From Podarcis erhardii (lineage: Eukaryota): a stretch of 64,000 bases of DNA. Positions 14,601 to 32,960 of the stretch are shown piece after piece. Below the pieces are notes generated by a model. That model did no database searches and was not told the origin of the DNA. It saw only the letters and a list, made by a program, of their open reading frames with translations. The stretch is from the NCBI GenBank assembly GCA_964252035.1, contig OZ176201.1; one strand, 5' to 3'. Position numbers and translations under genes: made by a program. Numbering within the stretch: position 1 is the first letter of the stretch; each line of letters begins with the position of its first letter.

Positions 14601-17328
14601 CTTTGAGCATTTACTCAGTGGCATTGTTTTGTCTCCAGAACCAGCCACCTGCCTCTGAAGAGAAGTCCAAGAAGTTCAAGAGGCGGCATGGGAAGCGTAA
14701 ATCCCAAGCAGAGATTATGAAGGAGCGTGAGGATGAATGTTTCAGCTGCGGGGATGGAGGGCAGCTGGTTTCCTGTAAGAGGCCAGGCTGCCCAAAGGTG
14801 TACCATGCTGACTGCCTCAATCTGACCAGGCGTCCTGCAGGTCAGTCACGTATTCTCACTATTATTCATAGAAACTTAAGTATAACAGCTGCATTGATAG
14901 CACTAGCCTCGAGCGAGAAATGATGCCTCCCAAACTTAGCAGCTGGTGACAATTCATATAATAAAAACAGGAGGAGAGCCCAGCTGCATCAGAACAAAGG
15001 CCTATCTAGTCCAACATCTTGTTCTCACAGTGGAAGCCCAGAAGCAGCACCTGAGTGCAACAACACTCTCCTCATTCATGTCCCCCAGCAACTGGCATTC
15101 AGAAGCATACCATCTCTGAGTGGAGTGCTTGTTTGGTGTGGACAAAAGACCAAATAAAAGGAAGTTCCACCAGCTCAGTTTGCTAAGTTTGAAAACTTGA
15201 TTTAAATCATTACTTTTGTTGTTGTTGTTGTTGCTTGAACCAAAACTAACTTGAAACACAGTGGTTAGAACTGAATGAACAAACCAGCGCATTTTACATA
15301 ACTGCAATGTAATTTATAATGGCAAATGGATGCCTGGTAAACTAGAGCTGTTTTGGATGATATCCCCTTAGCAACCTCCAGAGTTAGTCCAGGCTTTCTT
15401 TCTTGTTGATTTCAGCCATTCGCAGATCTGACTTTCTCACCTCCTCTTAAGCTGCGCCTTTTTTTTCCTGTGCTGCAGGGAAATGGGAATGCCCTTGGCA
15501 CCAGTGTGACGTGTGCAGCAAAGAGGCAGCTTCCTTCTGCGAGATGTGCCCCAGGTCCTTTTGCAAGCAGCACCGAGAGGGCATGCTCTTCATCTCTAAA
15601 CTGGACGGACGCCTGTCCTGCACAGAACATGATCCATGTGGACCTAACCCTCTAGAGCCAGGAGAGATTCGTGAGTATGCGCCTTCCACAGAATCGGCAG
15701 CTGGCTGCCAAAACACTCAGCCATCAGACGAGCAGCCTGCGGCTACAGGCCCGAAATCTCAGCCATCAGAGAGGCTACCTCTGACTGTGGCCCTGAGGCT
15801 GCAACCCTCAGATAAGCCACCTTCCTCTTCAATGGCTCTGAGGCTAAAATCCTCAGACAAGCAGCCTTCCTCTGTCGCACTGAAGCTGCAGTCCTCAGAT
15901 AAAGCACCCTCCACCGTGGCACTGAGGCTACAACCATCAGACAAGCTGCCCTCCACCCTGTCCCTGAGTTTAAAACCCTCAGACAAATTGCCCTCCACCC
16001 TGTCCCTGAGGTTAAAGCCCTCAGACAAATTATCCTCAGCCCTTGCCCTTAGGTTGCAGTCGTCAGATAAGCCGCTCTCTGCCGTGGCGCTCAGGCTACA
16101 TCCCTCAGAAAAATCGCCCTCCACGGTGGCCCTGAGGTTACAACCCTCTGAAAAACAGGCTTCTGCTGTTGCCCAGAAGTCACAATCGTCAGAAAAGCTA
16201 TCCTCCACAGTAGCTCATGAGTCACAGCTATCAGACAAGCCGGTCACTGGAGTGGCACCAGGACCTCAGGACAAGCCACCTGCTCCGGAGGCATTGGGAC
16301 CTCAGACAACAGACAAAAGCTCCACAGTGAAACCACCAGGGTCCAAGAAGTCAGAACTGTCACCTACTGCAGGCATACCGAGGTCTCAGAATTCGGAGGA
16401 ACCTCCTGTTGCAGAGATACCAAAGCTCCAGGTGTTGGACAAGCCTGCTGATCCTGAATCTCCAAGGCCTCAGCCACTGGACAGGCCCATTTCTCTTGGC
16501 CCAACACCCAAGCCCTCGGGCAAGTCTGTTGCTCCACTGAGCCTACGATCTCAGCCAGTAGTCAGACCAGTCACCCCCATAGCCCTGAGGTCTAAACCAT
16601 CAGAAAAGCCAGCCACTCCTGTAGTCCCACAGCCACAGCCACCCAACAGGGTTTCTACCCCAGCAGATGCTCGGCCCATGCCATCAGACAAGCCTTCCAC
16701 TACCACAGGTCTGAGGCCTCAGCTTCCTTCCCCACTAAGCCTGAGGCCTTTGCTTTCAGAGAAAGCACTGAGGCCTGTTGACCAGAACGCTCAGCCAAAA
16801 GAAAGAGGCTCTGTGACTGTGGAGCAGACTCCTCAGCAGAAAGAGCGGACATCTGTATCCGAGGAGCAGCCTTGCAGGCCTACAGGGAAATTTTCGGGCT
16901 ATGTTGGGCAAGCAGCCCACCCTCTAGAGAATTTTCAAATACACGAACAGACCCCTTGGCATAGTGCGAAAGGACTGCAATCGGTGGAGCAATCGCTTTG
17001 GACAGCTGAGAAACTGCAGTCTCCTGAGCACAGTCTTTGCTCAGGCCAAGAAGCCGCATCTGCACCTTCCACGGAGCAGCCATTTTGGCCCACAGATAGA
17101 CTGTGTGCATTTGAACAACCCCTTTGGCCTGCAAGAGAAGCTCCACTGCCTTCTGGACAGGCATCGTGGCTGCCCAGAAACATTCAAACATTGGAGCAGA
17201 TCTCGTGGCTCTCTGGGAAAGCACAAACGCCTGTGGGGCAGGACATTTTGCCTTTGTCTGAACAAAACGTGGTGCTAGTACTGAACCAGGATTCCCCTGG
17301 CCATGAACCTACTGAGTCTAAACCTTAG
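1905..17328 (+). CDS. NSD1: NSD1 histone H3K36 methyltransferase, 3' portion (human exons 9-23 equivalent): PHD1-4, PWWP2, AWS-SET-postSET, PHD5-C5HCH, long Pro/Ser-rich tail; 5' exons lie upstream of the window
   Basis: 15 GT-AG exons: 1905-1980, 3164-3282, 5073-5216, 5945-6068, 6335-6535, 6729-6908, 7975-8131, 8734-8939, 10017-10129, 11089-11358, 12452-12568, 12836-12977, 13844-13950, 14639-14840, 15479-17328. Total 4008 nt, one continuous frame ending in TAG. Motifs include [10 protein letters not shown] (PWWP), [10 protein letters not shown] and ELTFNY (SET), [10 protein letters not shown] (postSET). Confidence 0.97.
2177..2535 (-). mobile_element. L2 LINE 3' end
   Basis: GGGAGGGCATTCCACAG...GGTGCCACTACC motif and (TTA)n tail. 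Confidence 0.7.
3164..3282 (+). CDS. NSD1: NSD1 exon with basic NLS-like stretch (RRRKRQRR)
   Basis: cag/gtact boundaries, 119 nt, phase fits both neighbours. Confidence 0.88.
4516..4744 (+). mobile_element. tRNA-derived (MIR/core-like) SINE with (TAAA)n tail
   Basis: CAGTGTGGTGTAGTGGTTAG A-box, core-like GGGTGACTTTGGGCAAGTC. Confidence 0.75.
5073..5216 (+). CDS. NSD1: NSD1 exon (...[15 protein letters not shown])
   Basis: aag/gtaaa boundaries, 144 nt. Confidence 0.93.
5644..5890 (-). mobile_element. Solo LTR, 247 bp
   Basis: TG...CA termini, 7/8 terminal inverted repeat (TGTTAAGT / ACATAACA), perfect 5-bp TSD CCCAC (5639-5643 and 5891-5895). On the - strand the order is octamer, CCAAT, TATATAA, AATAAA. 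Confidence 0.85.
5945..6068 (+). CDS. NSD1: NSD1 exon, PHD1
   Basis: [26 protein letters not shown]; cag/gtacg. Confidence 0.96.
6335..6535 (+). CDS. NSD1: NSD1 exon, PHD2
   Basis: [29 protein letters not shown]; tag/gtaca. Confidence 0.96.
6729..6908 (+). CDS. NSD1: NSD1 exon, PHD3
   Basis: [22 protein letters not shown]; tag/gtaag. Confidence 0.96.
7188..7410. mobile_element. Tc1/mariner-type MITE
   Basis: TA-CAGTGGTACCT...AGGTACCACTG-TA. Confidence 0.85.
7975..8131 (+). CDS. NSD1: NSD1 exon, PHD4 and start of PWWP
   Basis: [18 protein letters not shown]...VWVKVGRYR; cag/gtgag. Confidence 0.96.
8241..8462. mobile_element. Tc1/mariner-type MITE (same family as 7188)
   Basis: Same TIRs and internal sequence, TA flanks. 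Confidence 0.85.
8616..8641. repeat. (CA)n microsatellite
   Basis: Direct reading. Confidence 0.9.
8734..8939 (+). CDS. NSD1: NSD1 exon, PWWP2
   Basis: WWPAEICHP...[11 protein letters not shown]; cag/gtaac. Confidence 0.96.
10017..10129 (+). CDS. NSD1: NSD1 exon ([12 protein letters not shown]...PPPYKHIK)
   Basis: tag/gtgag, 113 nt. Confidence 0.95.
11089..11358 (+). CDS. NSD1: NSD1 exon, AWS and SET start
   Basis: [24 protein letters not shown]...RGWGL; aag/gtatg. Confidence 0.96.
12452..12568 (+). CDS. NSD1: NSD1 exon, SET
   Basis: [17 protein letters not shown]...FYMLTLDK; cag/gtgtg. Confidence 0.96.
12836..12977 (+). CDS. NSD1: NSD1 exon, SET catalytic core
   Basis: [29 protein letters not shown]; tag/gtaag. 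Confidence 0.96.
13844..13950 (+). CDS. NSD1: NSD1 exon, SET end and postSET
   Basis: [35 protein letters not shown]; cag/gtatt. Confidence 0.96.
14639..14840 (+). CDS. NSD1: NSD1 exon, PHD5
   Basis: [32 protein letters not shown]; cag/gtcag. Confidence 0.96.
15479..17328 (+). CDS. NSD1: NSD1 terminal coding exon (C5HCH plus repetitive tail)
   Basis: [23 protein letters not shown]...; 605-aa ORF in the track ends at TAG 17326-17328. Confidence 0.95.
15715..16263 (+). repeat. Coding tandem repeat, about 42 nt / 14 aa unit (consensus [14 protein letters not shown]), 13 units
   Basis: Units read directly in the translation; one unit is 15 aa. Confidence 0.9.
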
Positions 17329-18910
17329 TGAAGCCAGTTCGAGGCCAGACGGGTCACTATTTTTGTTTTGTTTGTTTTTTTATTGTATGGGGAAGGGTAT
17401 TTTGTTTCTTGGGTTGTTGTTTTTTTAAAAAAATACACTTCCCCAGATCCTTGACCTTCCAACATCCCACCCAAACTACCCACCTACATTTACCTAAATC
17501 CGAACGATGCCCAGCCAAGCAGCAAGAATGTAGATGGCCTGTTCCGTCTTCATTTTGGAAACAATAAAGCTGAAATAAAGGAATCCACTGTGGATAATAA
17601 TCTCTAATTCCATTGAAATAATCAAAATTACTAACCTTGCATGTCTGAGTGACAGGCGTGCATTAATGGTGTGTCTCCTAGATTTGCTGTTCCAAAGAAG
17701 TAGCTTCATTCCATCTCACTAGTTGCAAGCCAGCCATTCTGTACTGGCACCTTGCATTTCCAAAACAATTCAACTGATGGAATCCCGTCATTGGAGAAGC
17801 GAAGCGAAGGGACCTGACAGTTTCCTCCCTAGTTTTCATTTCTCAGAGTTCTGTTTTAGGAGAGTGTTTTGCTTGAGAATATGCTGCCAGGGCACAACAA
17901 ATACAGGTGCTTTTTGAAGAAACGTTACTTGAAGTTAGTTGAGAAGCCCAGTTCCACTAGGTGGAACTGTCTGCTCCTTTGTGAACAGCTGAAGATCCTT
18001 CACGGACTTTATAATTGGAGGTGGGGGGGAAAAGAAATTCAGAGATACCATCTGCTAGCATTCTTATCCTGGGACTTAGATCTCTAGCACAGTAAAGTCA
18101 GAGCCCCCACATAGGCAGAATTTTGACCACTAAAGGCAACAGCAGGTTAGACAAATGAGTCAATCTCTCTTCTGGATTTTTGTGGTGCATCATTGCTGTT
18201 ACCTAACTTTTTTCAGTCTTTGCAACAAGAATTATTAGTGTTTTTGGATGAATGAAACTAATTCCCCCCCTCCACTACAAGCAGTTGCTTAGGAATCATG
18301 TTTGCATTGTTTACAGTAGTCCTAACTATTCGGGGTGCATTCCTCTGGCTAAAGTATGTCACCTCAGAAGGCGGAACAGAACTAATAACCCGTTTGAGAA
18401 TAAATGTTTCCAGGATAGAAAGCGTGTTTTATTAATCTTACCTTGATTAGTCTCCAGCTTAAAGTATTTCCCATCTTACCAAAAAATACTGAAACAAAAA
18501 CTTGAATTTAACTGGGCTACACTGAAGAATATCTGCATGTCAGAAACAGAGGTAGCTGAGGTCATAGTTCTCACACTGGAACACTAAGGGCTGCAGCAGC
18601 TGGCTTAGATCTCTCTTCCTTTCTTCATCTCTCTTTCCCAGTCAGTGCAGCGCTTTATGCCTGGTGCGTAGCCAGGCTGGTATTATGCATAACTCTGGTG
18701 GAAGTGGTTATTGTTACCCAACCAGACATAAATGCAGCTTGCTATGGTGCTGGTTAGATATTGTTGATGAACTATATTGAGGATCAGAGAAGTTACTGCT
18801 TGCTTGGCCCTGAATATGTCTAGGTTTCTTCATATCTTGGCTGTAGGAGAGACAAGCAAGCATACCATGCCAATATTTCACATGGTGGTTTCAGTTAGAC
18901 ACACTGATGT

Positions 18911-19053
18911 NNNNNNNNNNNNNNNNNNNNNNNNNNNNNNNNNNNNNNNNNNNNNNNNNNNNNNNNNNNNNNNNNNNNNNNNNNNNNNNNNNNNNNNNNN
19001 NNNNNNNNNNNNNNNNNNNNNNNNNNNNNNNNNNNNNNNNNNNNNNNNNNNNN
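18911..19053. other. Assembly gap (143 N)
   Basis: Run of N in the sequence. Confidence 1.
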
Positions 19054-22001
19054 TCCTGCTAACTTTTGCCTCCTTTTCATGTTCTGTTGGCCTGGATAGC
19101 TGAAGTCGCACAGTCTGTCATGCTTCAGCTTCAAGTAGCAAATTTGGTTAGCTCCTAATTTGCCCTTTTTAGATTTCCAGGTGTTGTTTTTTTTTGCACA
19201 AAGCAGAAGTTCTGGTTTCTGATCCTTTTACTTTGAAGCATATATCATTGGGGTATTCAGATCCTCTGTAGAATTGCAATAGTACTACAGTTGATCCTAT
19301 ACAGTGGCAGTTCAAATTCTGACCTAATACTTTTTTCAATGCTGGCTTTCCACAATGATGGTACCTGCTGGGCACTACAAAACATTCCCCCCCCCCACCA
19401 CCACTGTGCATCTCATCCTCTCCCCTGAATCATTTCCCTCTCTCTCCAAAGCTAGTGACTTTGCAAAGCATTATAGCTAACGGAATCTTAGTTCTTAACA
19501 TTGGTTTTCCTCGAAGACCTGCAGGCTCAGCGGTTGCTTATTGCTGAAAATGGGGAAAAGCAAGTACATTTTGGTTTCTGCGTGACTCCTGCACAAAGGG
19601 AAACAGGACAACTCTTCTGAACGAGGCAGAAACAAGAAGCCAAGGGCATTTTACTAAAACCTTTTTTAAAACAAAAAGATCACATTTTTAAACAAGCAAG
19701 CCAAACCAATCACGAGGTTCAGTATGTTAAATATTTCTCATGTGTGGAAAATAATAATAATAAAGCTCTAAATTTTACATATTTAGGCCTTCCCGTGAGC
19801 TGGACTTTGTCATGTAGATTGTGTGTTTAGGGCTTCCTTTGTGCCAGACCCCACCCCAAGCCAGCTGTACCTGTAACAAGAAAGATACCTGCACTGCTTT
19901 GTCCAACTCTGTTCTTGCAATGTCATGTGTTTTTAACTAGCTATTTGTTTCATGGAAAAACAACAACAATAAACTGTGAATATTTTTGGTGGAGGCTGTT
20001 TTAAATCTTTAAAACAGAGAAAAGTCCATTTTGCATTAATTCTCCTGAGTGTAGGTGCTAGGGGTCAAGAATGCGTGACACGGTAGGGGATCTGTGCAGC
20101 AGCACATTCAGAATCTTTATCTAGGAACTCCTGCTTAAAGTCAGTTGGATTTTTGCATGGCATTTCAGCCCCTGTTGTCTGCTGCCGCCCTGCTTTCTCC
20201 TTTTCCCCCAAGAGCCTCTCTGTACAGATTCAGTTTTGCCGCCACCTCCCTCCCTGAAGCTGATCAATTAAACTGGGCATCTGAAGTAGAAAGTGTCACG
20301 GATGTATGTGTGGAGTGTGTGTACCTGCATGCCTGTAGCACAACTTTATACTGATAGCATCTCTCCAAGTCTGGAGGCTGGTGTCTGGTTTGTTATGGTA
20401 AGTAAGGAGAAAATCCCAAGGTGCAGATTAAGAGAAATGCTACGCAGGAACCTCACCCAATCGGCACCTTCAACCCAAAGCAGGGGTGGTTTCCTATGTG
20501 AAATGGGAAGAGCCAGTCACTCCCATAGGATACAACATTCAATTAGGAAGGGACACTGGCCAAGCAGAAGCCAAGTGCTGTTTGATTCTGAGGGATCCAG
20601 AATGCAAACAGACACAGGCTAGGAGAGTGCTGGGAGAGATATTGGACCTGAATGCTTCCCCTGTTGTGTACCCTTTTACCTAGTGTGAATCAGCTACCTT
20701 TCCAAGAGCTGGGCTGCCAGAAACAAAATTTGATCCTGCTTCTTAAAATGGTCCAGGCATGTTCTATTCTGCTGTTGCTTATGTGGTACTTTGCTAGGGG
20801 TGTGAGCATGGCAAGTGGCTTCTGGTGTGCAAATCTTACTCCCCATCATGTTTCTATATTTCATGCAGAAAATAAGGTGCTATAATGCTGGGGTCTAGTG
20901 GGACATAGAGCTTTGCACATTTTGTGCTTGAAAATCTGTGCCAAGAGGCCAGATCTGTGGCAAGAAAAGCTTAATTGAATACTGTGACATTTGAATCATG
21001 CAGAAAAAAACAGATTTGTGTATGTTTGCTTATTTCATAACTTACTCTGTTTCTGTTAATCATGGGAAGGGGCAAAGAACTAGGTATGACAACAAATTTT
21101 GCCCAGCAACTCTCCTCCACCCACGAGTATCTGAAATTAAACCAGGAATCCCCCACCCCACTTTTTTTTTTTTTTTACACAAAACAATTGAAAGATGATT
21201 CAGCAGCATCCTGAGCGTCTCAAGCGCCAGATTCTACACTAGCTCCATAGTTTCATGGAATAATAGACTACAGTGGAGTCAGGTAGTTGTACTAGCACCC
21301 TTGACGGGCATTGTTTACAATGAAGCTAACAAAATACAATTTCCACCCCATTTATAAAATATTCACAGGTAATTAAAATTTTGCCACATGAAAAATGCGT
21401 AGTTGCTGTACAGAATGGAGCAGATCATTGTCCAGAAATCAGGTGTTCTGTCTCTGTGCTTTTCCCTATTGGATGTTTCTCCAAAAGTTAGAGTGCCAAC
21501 GGGACTGGGATTAGATCAACTGCAAGTGCCTAGGTCTGTTAAAAAGATGTTCATGTTTATTTTTTAAGAATTGGGGTATTTATAGCAGCTCAACAGGGTA
21601 TACCTCTATTCAGTGCTTCCCTCTGCCCCTCTCACTTTAATGTTGCAAGAATTACTTCCCTTTTCCGACCCCAGGGTCGTGGCCTGAAGAGTGTTCTTTA
21701 TGTTAAAATATTTGGAAACTCCTCATCTGTGCAATTGACTAACATGCTGCTAAGAGCACCTGTGATGGGACTTTCCTAGAATGCATCACCTTTTGCATTA
21801 TGCTGTGGCTACTAAGGTGGTTATTTGATTGGTTTAGGGCAGGGGCGAAGAGCAGATGTTGAACTCCAACCCCCTCACCCTGACCTTACTAGCTCGGGCT
21901 GATAGGAATTGTATGCCAGTGTCTAGAGGGGACACAGGATCCCCACTCCTGGTTTAGGATGAATACTTTGGAATGGAGGAGCTGAGCTGTAGGCTTTTGT
22001 A

Positions 22002-22002
<1 letters not shown>

Positions 22003-22057
<55 letters not shown>
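22003..22057. repeat. (TAA)n microsatellite, about 18 units
   Basis: Direct reading. Confidence 0.95.
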
Positions 22058-22058
<1 letters not shown>

Positions 22059-22948
22059 GTGACAACATTTGGAATAGATTTTAAACATTCTGCAACCTAC
22101 GTAATTGTGCTGAAATGGAATAAAGCCTTTCCCCTTTCCGCCAAATCTGCATGACTGGTAACATACAAGAATTTGTTAACAAATGCATTGAGTGTGGTGA
22201 CATTTTGCAGTATTGATGGATTCCCTTCCGTGGGAGTCAGAGGGCTAGGGGTGCTGGGAATGTGATGATTTTAACAAGTATTGGATTTCATGTCTGAAAG
22301 CAAGAGATGTCAGAGCACATTTCTCAAGTACTGACAGAAGGCAGGAATAGAAGTTATATTTTAAATGGCCACATTTTTGCCCCCCATGCTCCCAGACTCT
22401 GATTTTCTGGAAGATGGGATCAGTGTACAAACGACACTTAGTTCCTATTCTCCCTACTGAGGCAGTGTGGTCTCTTGAAAGTGAATGCTTGCAAGGGTAT
22501 TTGTGCATAGGAAACCACTTCTCAGCCTACGCAGAGCATCATCTTGGAAACATCTGGAATTTCACTAACTTGAGTGGGTGCTGAGCAGATGTGGCAAGGG
22601 GCAGCTAAGTGCCATTCCTTCCATTTCTCCTCAGCAGCATCACAGGGCATATTCCTTTGCTGTAGCAGCTTATTTCAGTAATGTATGGTGTGGTGCTTTT
22701 GAATTGTTCAGGTCTGTAATATGTTGGGAGAGAGAAACTCTTCTCTAATCGCTTGACAGTCGTCCCCCCCCCCCCCCGCATTTTGTTTCAAAGGGGTTTG
22801 GGCAGGGCTAAGACTGGAGAGCTCTCCCCACTCATTTAGCTGCTGGTACAGAAATGGAGTAGCGTATAGTGCTAACGGAGATGAAATATTGCATTTCTCC
22901 AAGCTGTATTGCTTGGCCTCAGGCGGTATGCTGCATGCTGACTGTCCC

Positions 22949-22992
22949 AGACTCTCTGCTGGGAGTTGTGAGACTCTCTGCTGGGAGTTGTG
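22949..22992. repeat. Perfect 22-bp tandem duplication
   Basis: AGACTCTCTGCTGGGAGTTGTG x2. Confidence 0.9.
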
Positions 22993-24781
22993 ACTGAACA
23001 GAGCCATTGCAGGAGAAGGCCTCTGGGAAAAGTCCTGTTCTGCAATGACACTGCAGTGCATAATTGCAGTATTTCTGCATGAATAATGGGGAAGGAATTC
23101 TTTTCAGTGCATCTATTGTGGTTACCAACAGTCAAGCATAATGTCTTTTTACAGAGCTATCCTATTCTCATCTACGTTCTCTACAAATGGCCGGCAAGGG
23201 AAATGCTTTACAGTATCTACATTAGAAGAAGAGGAAGAGTTTTGGCTCGTGGATTCTTATTTTTCCTCCCCTGACTCATTTAACTGTGTGTGTGTAAAAA
23301 CTATGACAATGAAAAACAAAGTTGTCCTACCCAAATGTTCCCAAAATATGTACTGTAATTCTTTGTATATAAAAGAAAGCAATTACTGTAAAGTAAAGTT
23401 TAACTTTGCTCTTGACTGTGTGTGCTATTTTATTGAGCCTAGATATGGCAGATTCTAATCTGCTTTTTAATCTAAAAAACAAATTGAAATCTCTGTAAGT
23501 TTGTATAGAGATATGGCTGCCAGGAATAGTAGGGACCTTGAATTTGTGGTCTTCTGTGGGTCACAGCTGGGGGAATGGAGAGGGGGCTGCTCAGCTTGTA
23601 CCAGATCAAAACAGTAGTTTATAGCTTAGAGAGAAGTGGTTTTGCAGAATGATACAAAGTCTGAGATATTGCTCTCAATTGTAACTTGTGAGGTGCATCA
23701 ACTAATTCTGAAAACTCAGCTTCCATAGAGACTTAAAGGTTTGGTAAATCAACCTGAGAATGGACCTTTATTACCAATGTAGCAAATAACTCTTAGGAAG
23801 CTTTTGGGCTCTTGCTGCTTGTATAAAGCCTTTGAAACTTGACACAGAGGTAGATGTCAATGGAACCACAGCCCGAAGATCACTTTCAATACTTTTGCAC
23901 CCAAATTTTAGTGCACTGAGTGAGGGGCCCTACTATGTGCCTACCAATTGCTTCTCCCCCAGCCACAAGCCACTAGGTTAGCCAAGACCAGAGTTGCACT
24001 ATGGCAGTTACCTGTAACAATATAGTAAAAAGACATCCAGGCATATATATTTAAAGCCGTAAAACACACTCCAAAACATCTAAGGGAAGAGAGCATATGT
24101 TGGAGAAAAACTATCGGTATATTCCATTCCACAGAGATGATCATGTAAAGGAAAACTGATAGAAATAGCCTACTCCGTCAAATGGCAGAGTATTGTGCAG
24201 CTCTGTAACCTTTTCCATTCAGCTGCTGTGCCATGCTTCCAACAGTACAGGCCAGCACCGTCCTTGGCACAGGGATCCTCAGCTGCATCTGCCTTTCTGC
24301 TTTCTCTGGAAAGAGGGCGGCCTGCTTGTGTAGATCAGCACCCCTGGTGCTCCAGCCAACTAGAGCCTAGCCCAGGTCCCCCTTCATTTACCAGCCGCCT
24401 TATAACTGCTGCAAAGCCCATCACTGCTTGTATCTACAACTGTTCTGTGATGCTTATTGATGCTTTTACAGTATTGGAGCAACTGGGCCTGCTTATCACA
24501 CACGTACACATCTATCAAATTGGCTGATTAAAAAACCCACAGCAAATTCCTAAGCCTCCTCAGATGGTTGCTTTTGTTCCCTGTACCAATACATGTTTCA
24601 ACTGCTGGAACGTCAGAGAAACGTCAACCATTAGAAACTGGTGGTCAGCCCATGTAGTAGGAGAGGCACCCGTGTTTCTTCCCATTCCCTCTAGGAGTTT
24701 AGCCTGGAAACAAGTTTGAGCAACTTCAATAAGAACACAAACCTAGCTGTGTTTCTCAACAACACAGGACCACAATGCACT

Positions 24782-24787
24782 TTTATT
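24782..24787 (-). terminator. RAB24 poly(A) signal AATAAA
   Basis: TTTATT on the + strand about 420 nt past the stop codon. Confidence 0.6.
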
Positions 24788-25203
24788 TACATATACATAG
24801 CTTATTAGAAGCCATTTAAATAATAAAGCAAAAAATCAGGTGCAACACCATCAAAACAGCAGAACCAACCACTGCCAGAACAAGGTGTCTTCAGCTTTGG
24901 AGAGCCAGTTGTGAAAAAGCAATTCCTGAAGCGCGTCAAGAATTTTAAGTCAGCCTCTGGAAGGGATGGGAGCACAAGGCAGTCAAGGTCTCTGGTCGTC
25001 AAGGCAGCAGAAAATCTCGCAGCGTGTGCCGTGTTCTCCCCGCTCCCACCATTCCAAGGAGAAGTGCCAGCAAGTGATGCTCCACAGGTCCGAAAGGGCA
25101 AGACATTCCATACAGCAGGGAAACAGTGTGAACTATCCAAAGACAGCATGAACTGCTATCCTAGGAGGGGAGCACTGCTGCTTTGGCAAAACAAGGAAAG
25201 AAC

Positions 25204-32060
<6,857 letters not shown>

Positions 32061-32244
32061 TCAGGTGGAGAGGCTCACCTGCAGTAAGCAGAGGAGGAAG
32101 TACAGCAAGTGACTCAGGAGCAGCACCTCCCCGTTCCCACGTCACCTAAAAAGCTAAGAGGGCTCCAGTAGGCATAAGCCAGAAGGCCTGGCACTGCCCA
32201 GAATGCAGGTGTGCCCTGCATCCTCCACAGCAGTTGCACGAAGC

Positions 32245-32382
32245 TACAGTGGTACCTCGGGTTACATACGCTTCAGGTTACATACGCTTCAGGTTTCACA
32301 CTCCACTAACCCAGAAATAGTGCTTCAGGTTAAGAACAGACCTCCAGAACGAATTAAGTACTTAACCCGAGGTACCACTGTA
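32245..32382. mobile_element. Short Tc1/mariner-type MITE
   Basis: Perfect 17-bp TIR CAGTGGTACCTCGGGTT with TA TSD. Confidence 0.85.
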
Positions 32383-32524
32383 CTGGCACGCAGTAGCAGC
32401 ACTTCAAAAAAATGCGGAGAGGGAGGCAAAAAAGGGCAATACTATTCACAACGACAAGAAGAAACGTGTTTCTCCAGCACTACCCATTTCTGCGGCAGCT
32501 GTCCACCGGGGTGCTGCCGTCCGC

Positions 32525-32590
32525 TCTAAGGGGCTGGACTAGATGATCCTCAGGGTCCCCTCCGACTCTACCATTCCGCGATTCTACGCT
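32525..32590 (+). mobile_element. CR1 LINE 3' tip
   Basis: GGCTGGACTAGATGATCCTCAGGGTCCCCTCC...ATTCTA; similar tips near 57855-57935, 13400-13495 and 1105-1205. Confidence 0.55.
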
Positions 32591-32840
32591 GCTCTGTTCC
32601 CAGGGGAGGGGCGCATGGGTTTCCCTTGGCCTCCACGAACTCCACCCATGTGGGCGCCCCAGTGGCTGAGGGACTGGCCCCAGGTCTGGCAGGACCCTGG
32701 ATCCGATGACGCGGCAAGGGTGATCCTAACAGGAGGCTCCCCTCCCCGGAGGCTTCGGGACAGCGCTCAGCGCCCAGCCCGGCAGGGACTGGCGGCTTCT
32801 GCAGGGCCGGGCTGGGGAGGAAGAGGGCGGCGGCACTCAC

Positions 32841-32960
32841 CCCGGTCTCATGGCGCTGGAGCCGGTCGCCGCTGGCGGAGGCGGGAGAGAGTCGGGACGC
32901 GGCGGCGGCGGCGGCGGCGGGGGAACGAGCCGCCGACGGACCAGTTCCCAGCCAGCGCTG
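32841..32960 (-). other. RAB24: Probable RAB24 first (5' UTR) exon
   Basis: Strong GG|GTGAGT donor at 32835-32840 inside the CpG island; the 5' boundary is uncertain. Confidence 0.5.

Larger units (their letters stand above)
17329..23420 (+). other. NSD1: Probable long NSD1 3' UTR
   Basis: Follows the stop codon, with no recognisable exons or TEs. Ends in an AT-rich block with variant poly(A) signals TATAAA (23368-23373) and AGTAAA (23392-23397). The 3' end is inferred. Confidence 0.5.

Noticed and set aside
15759-16208. 149-aa antisense ORF with a repeating EG/SE pattern
   Set aside because: It is the shadow of the NSD1 42-nt coding repeat on the opposite strand.
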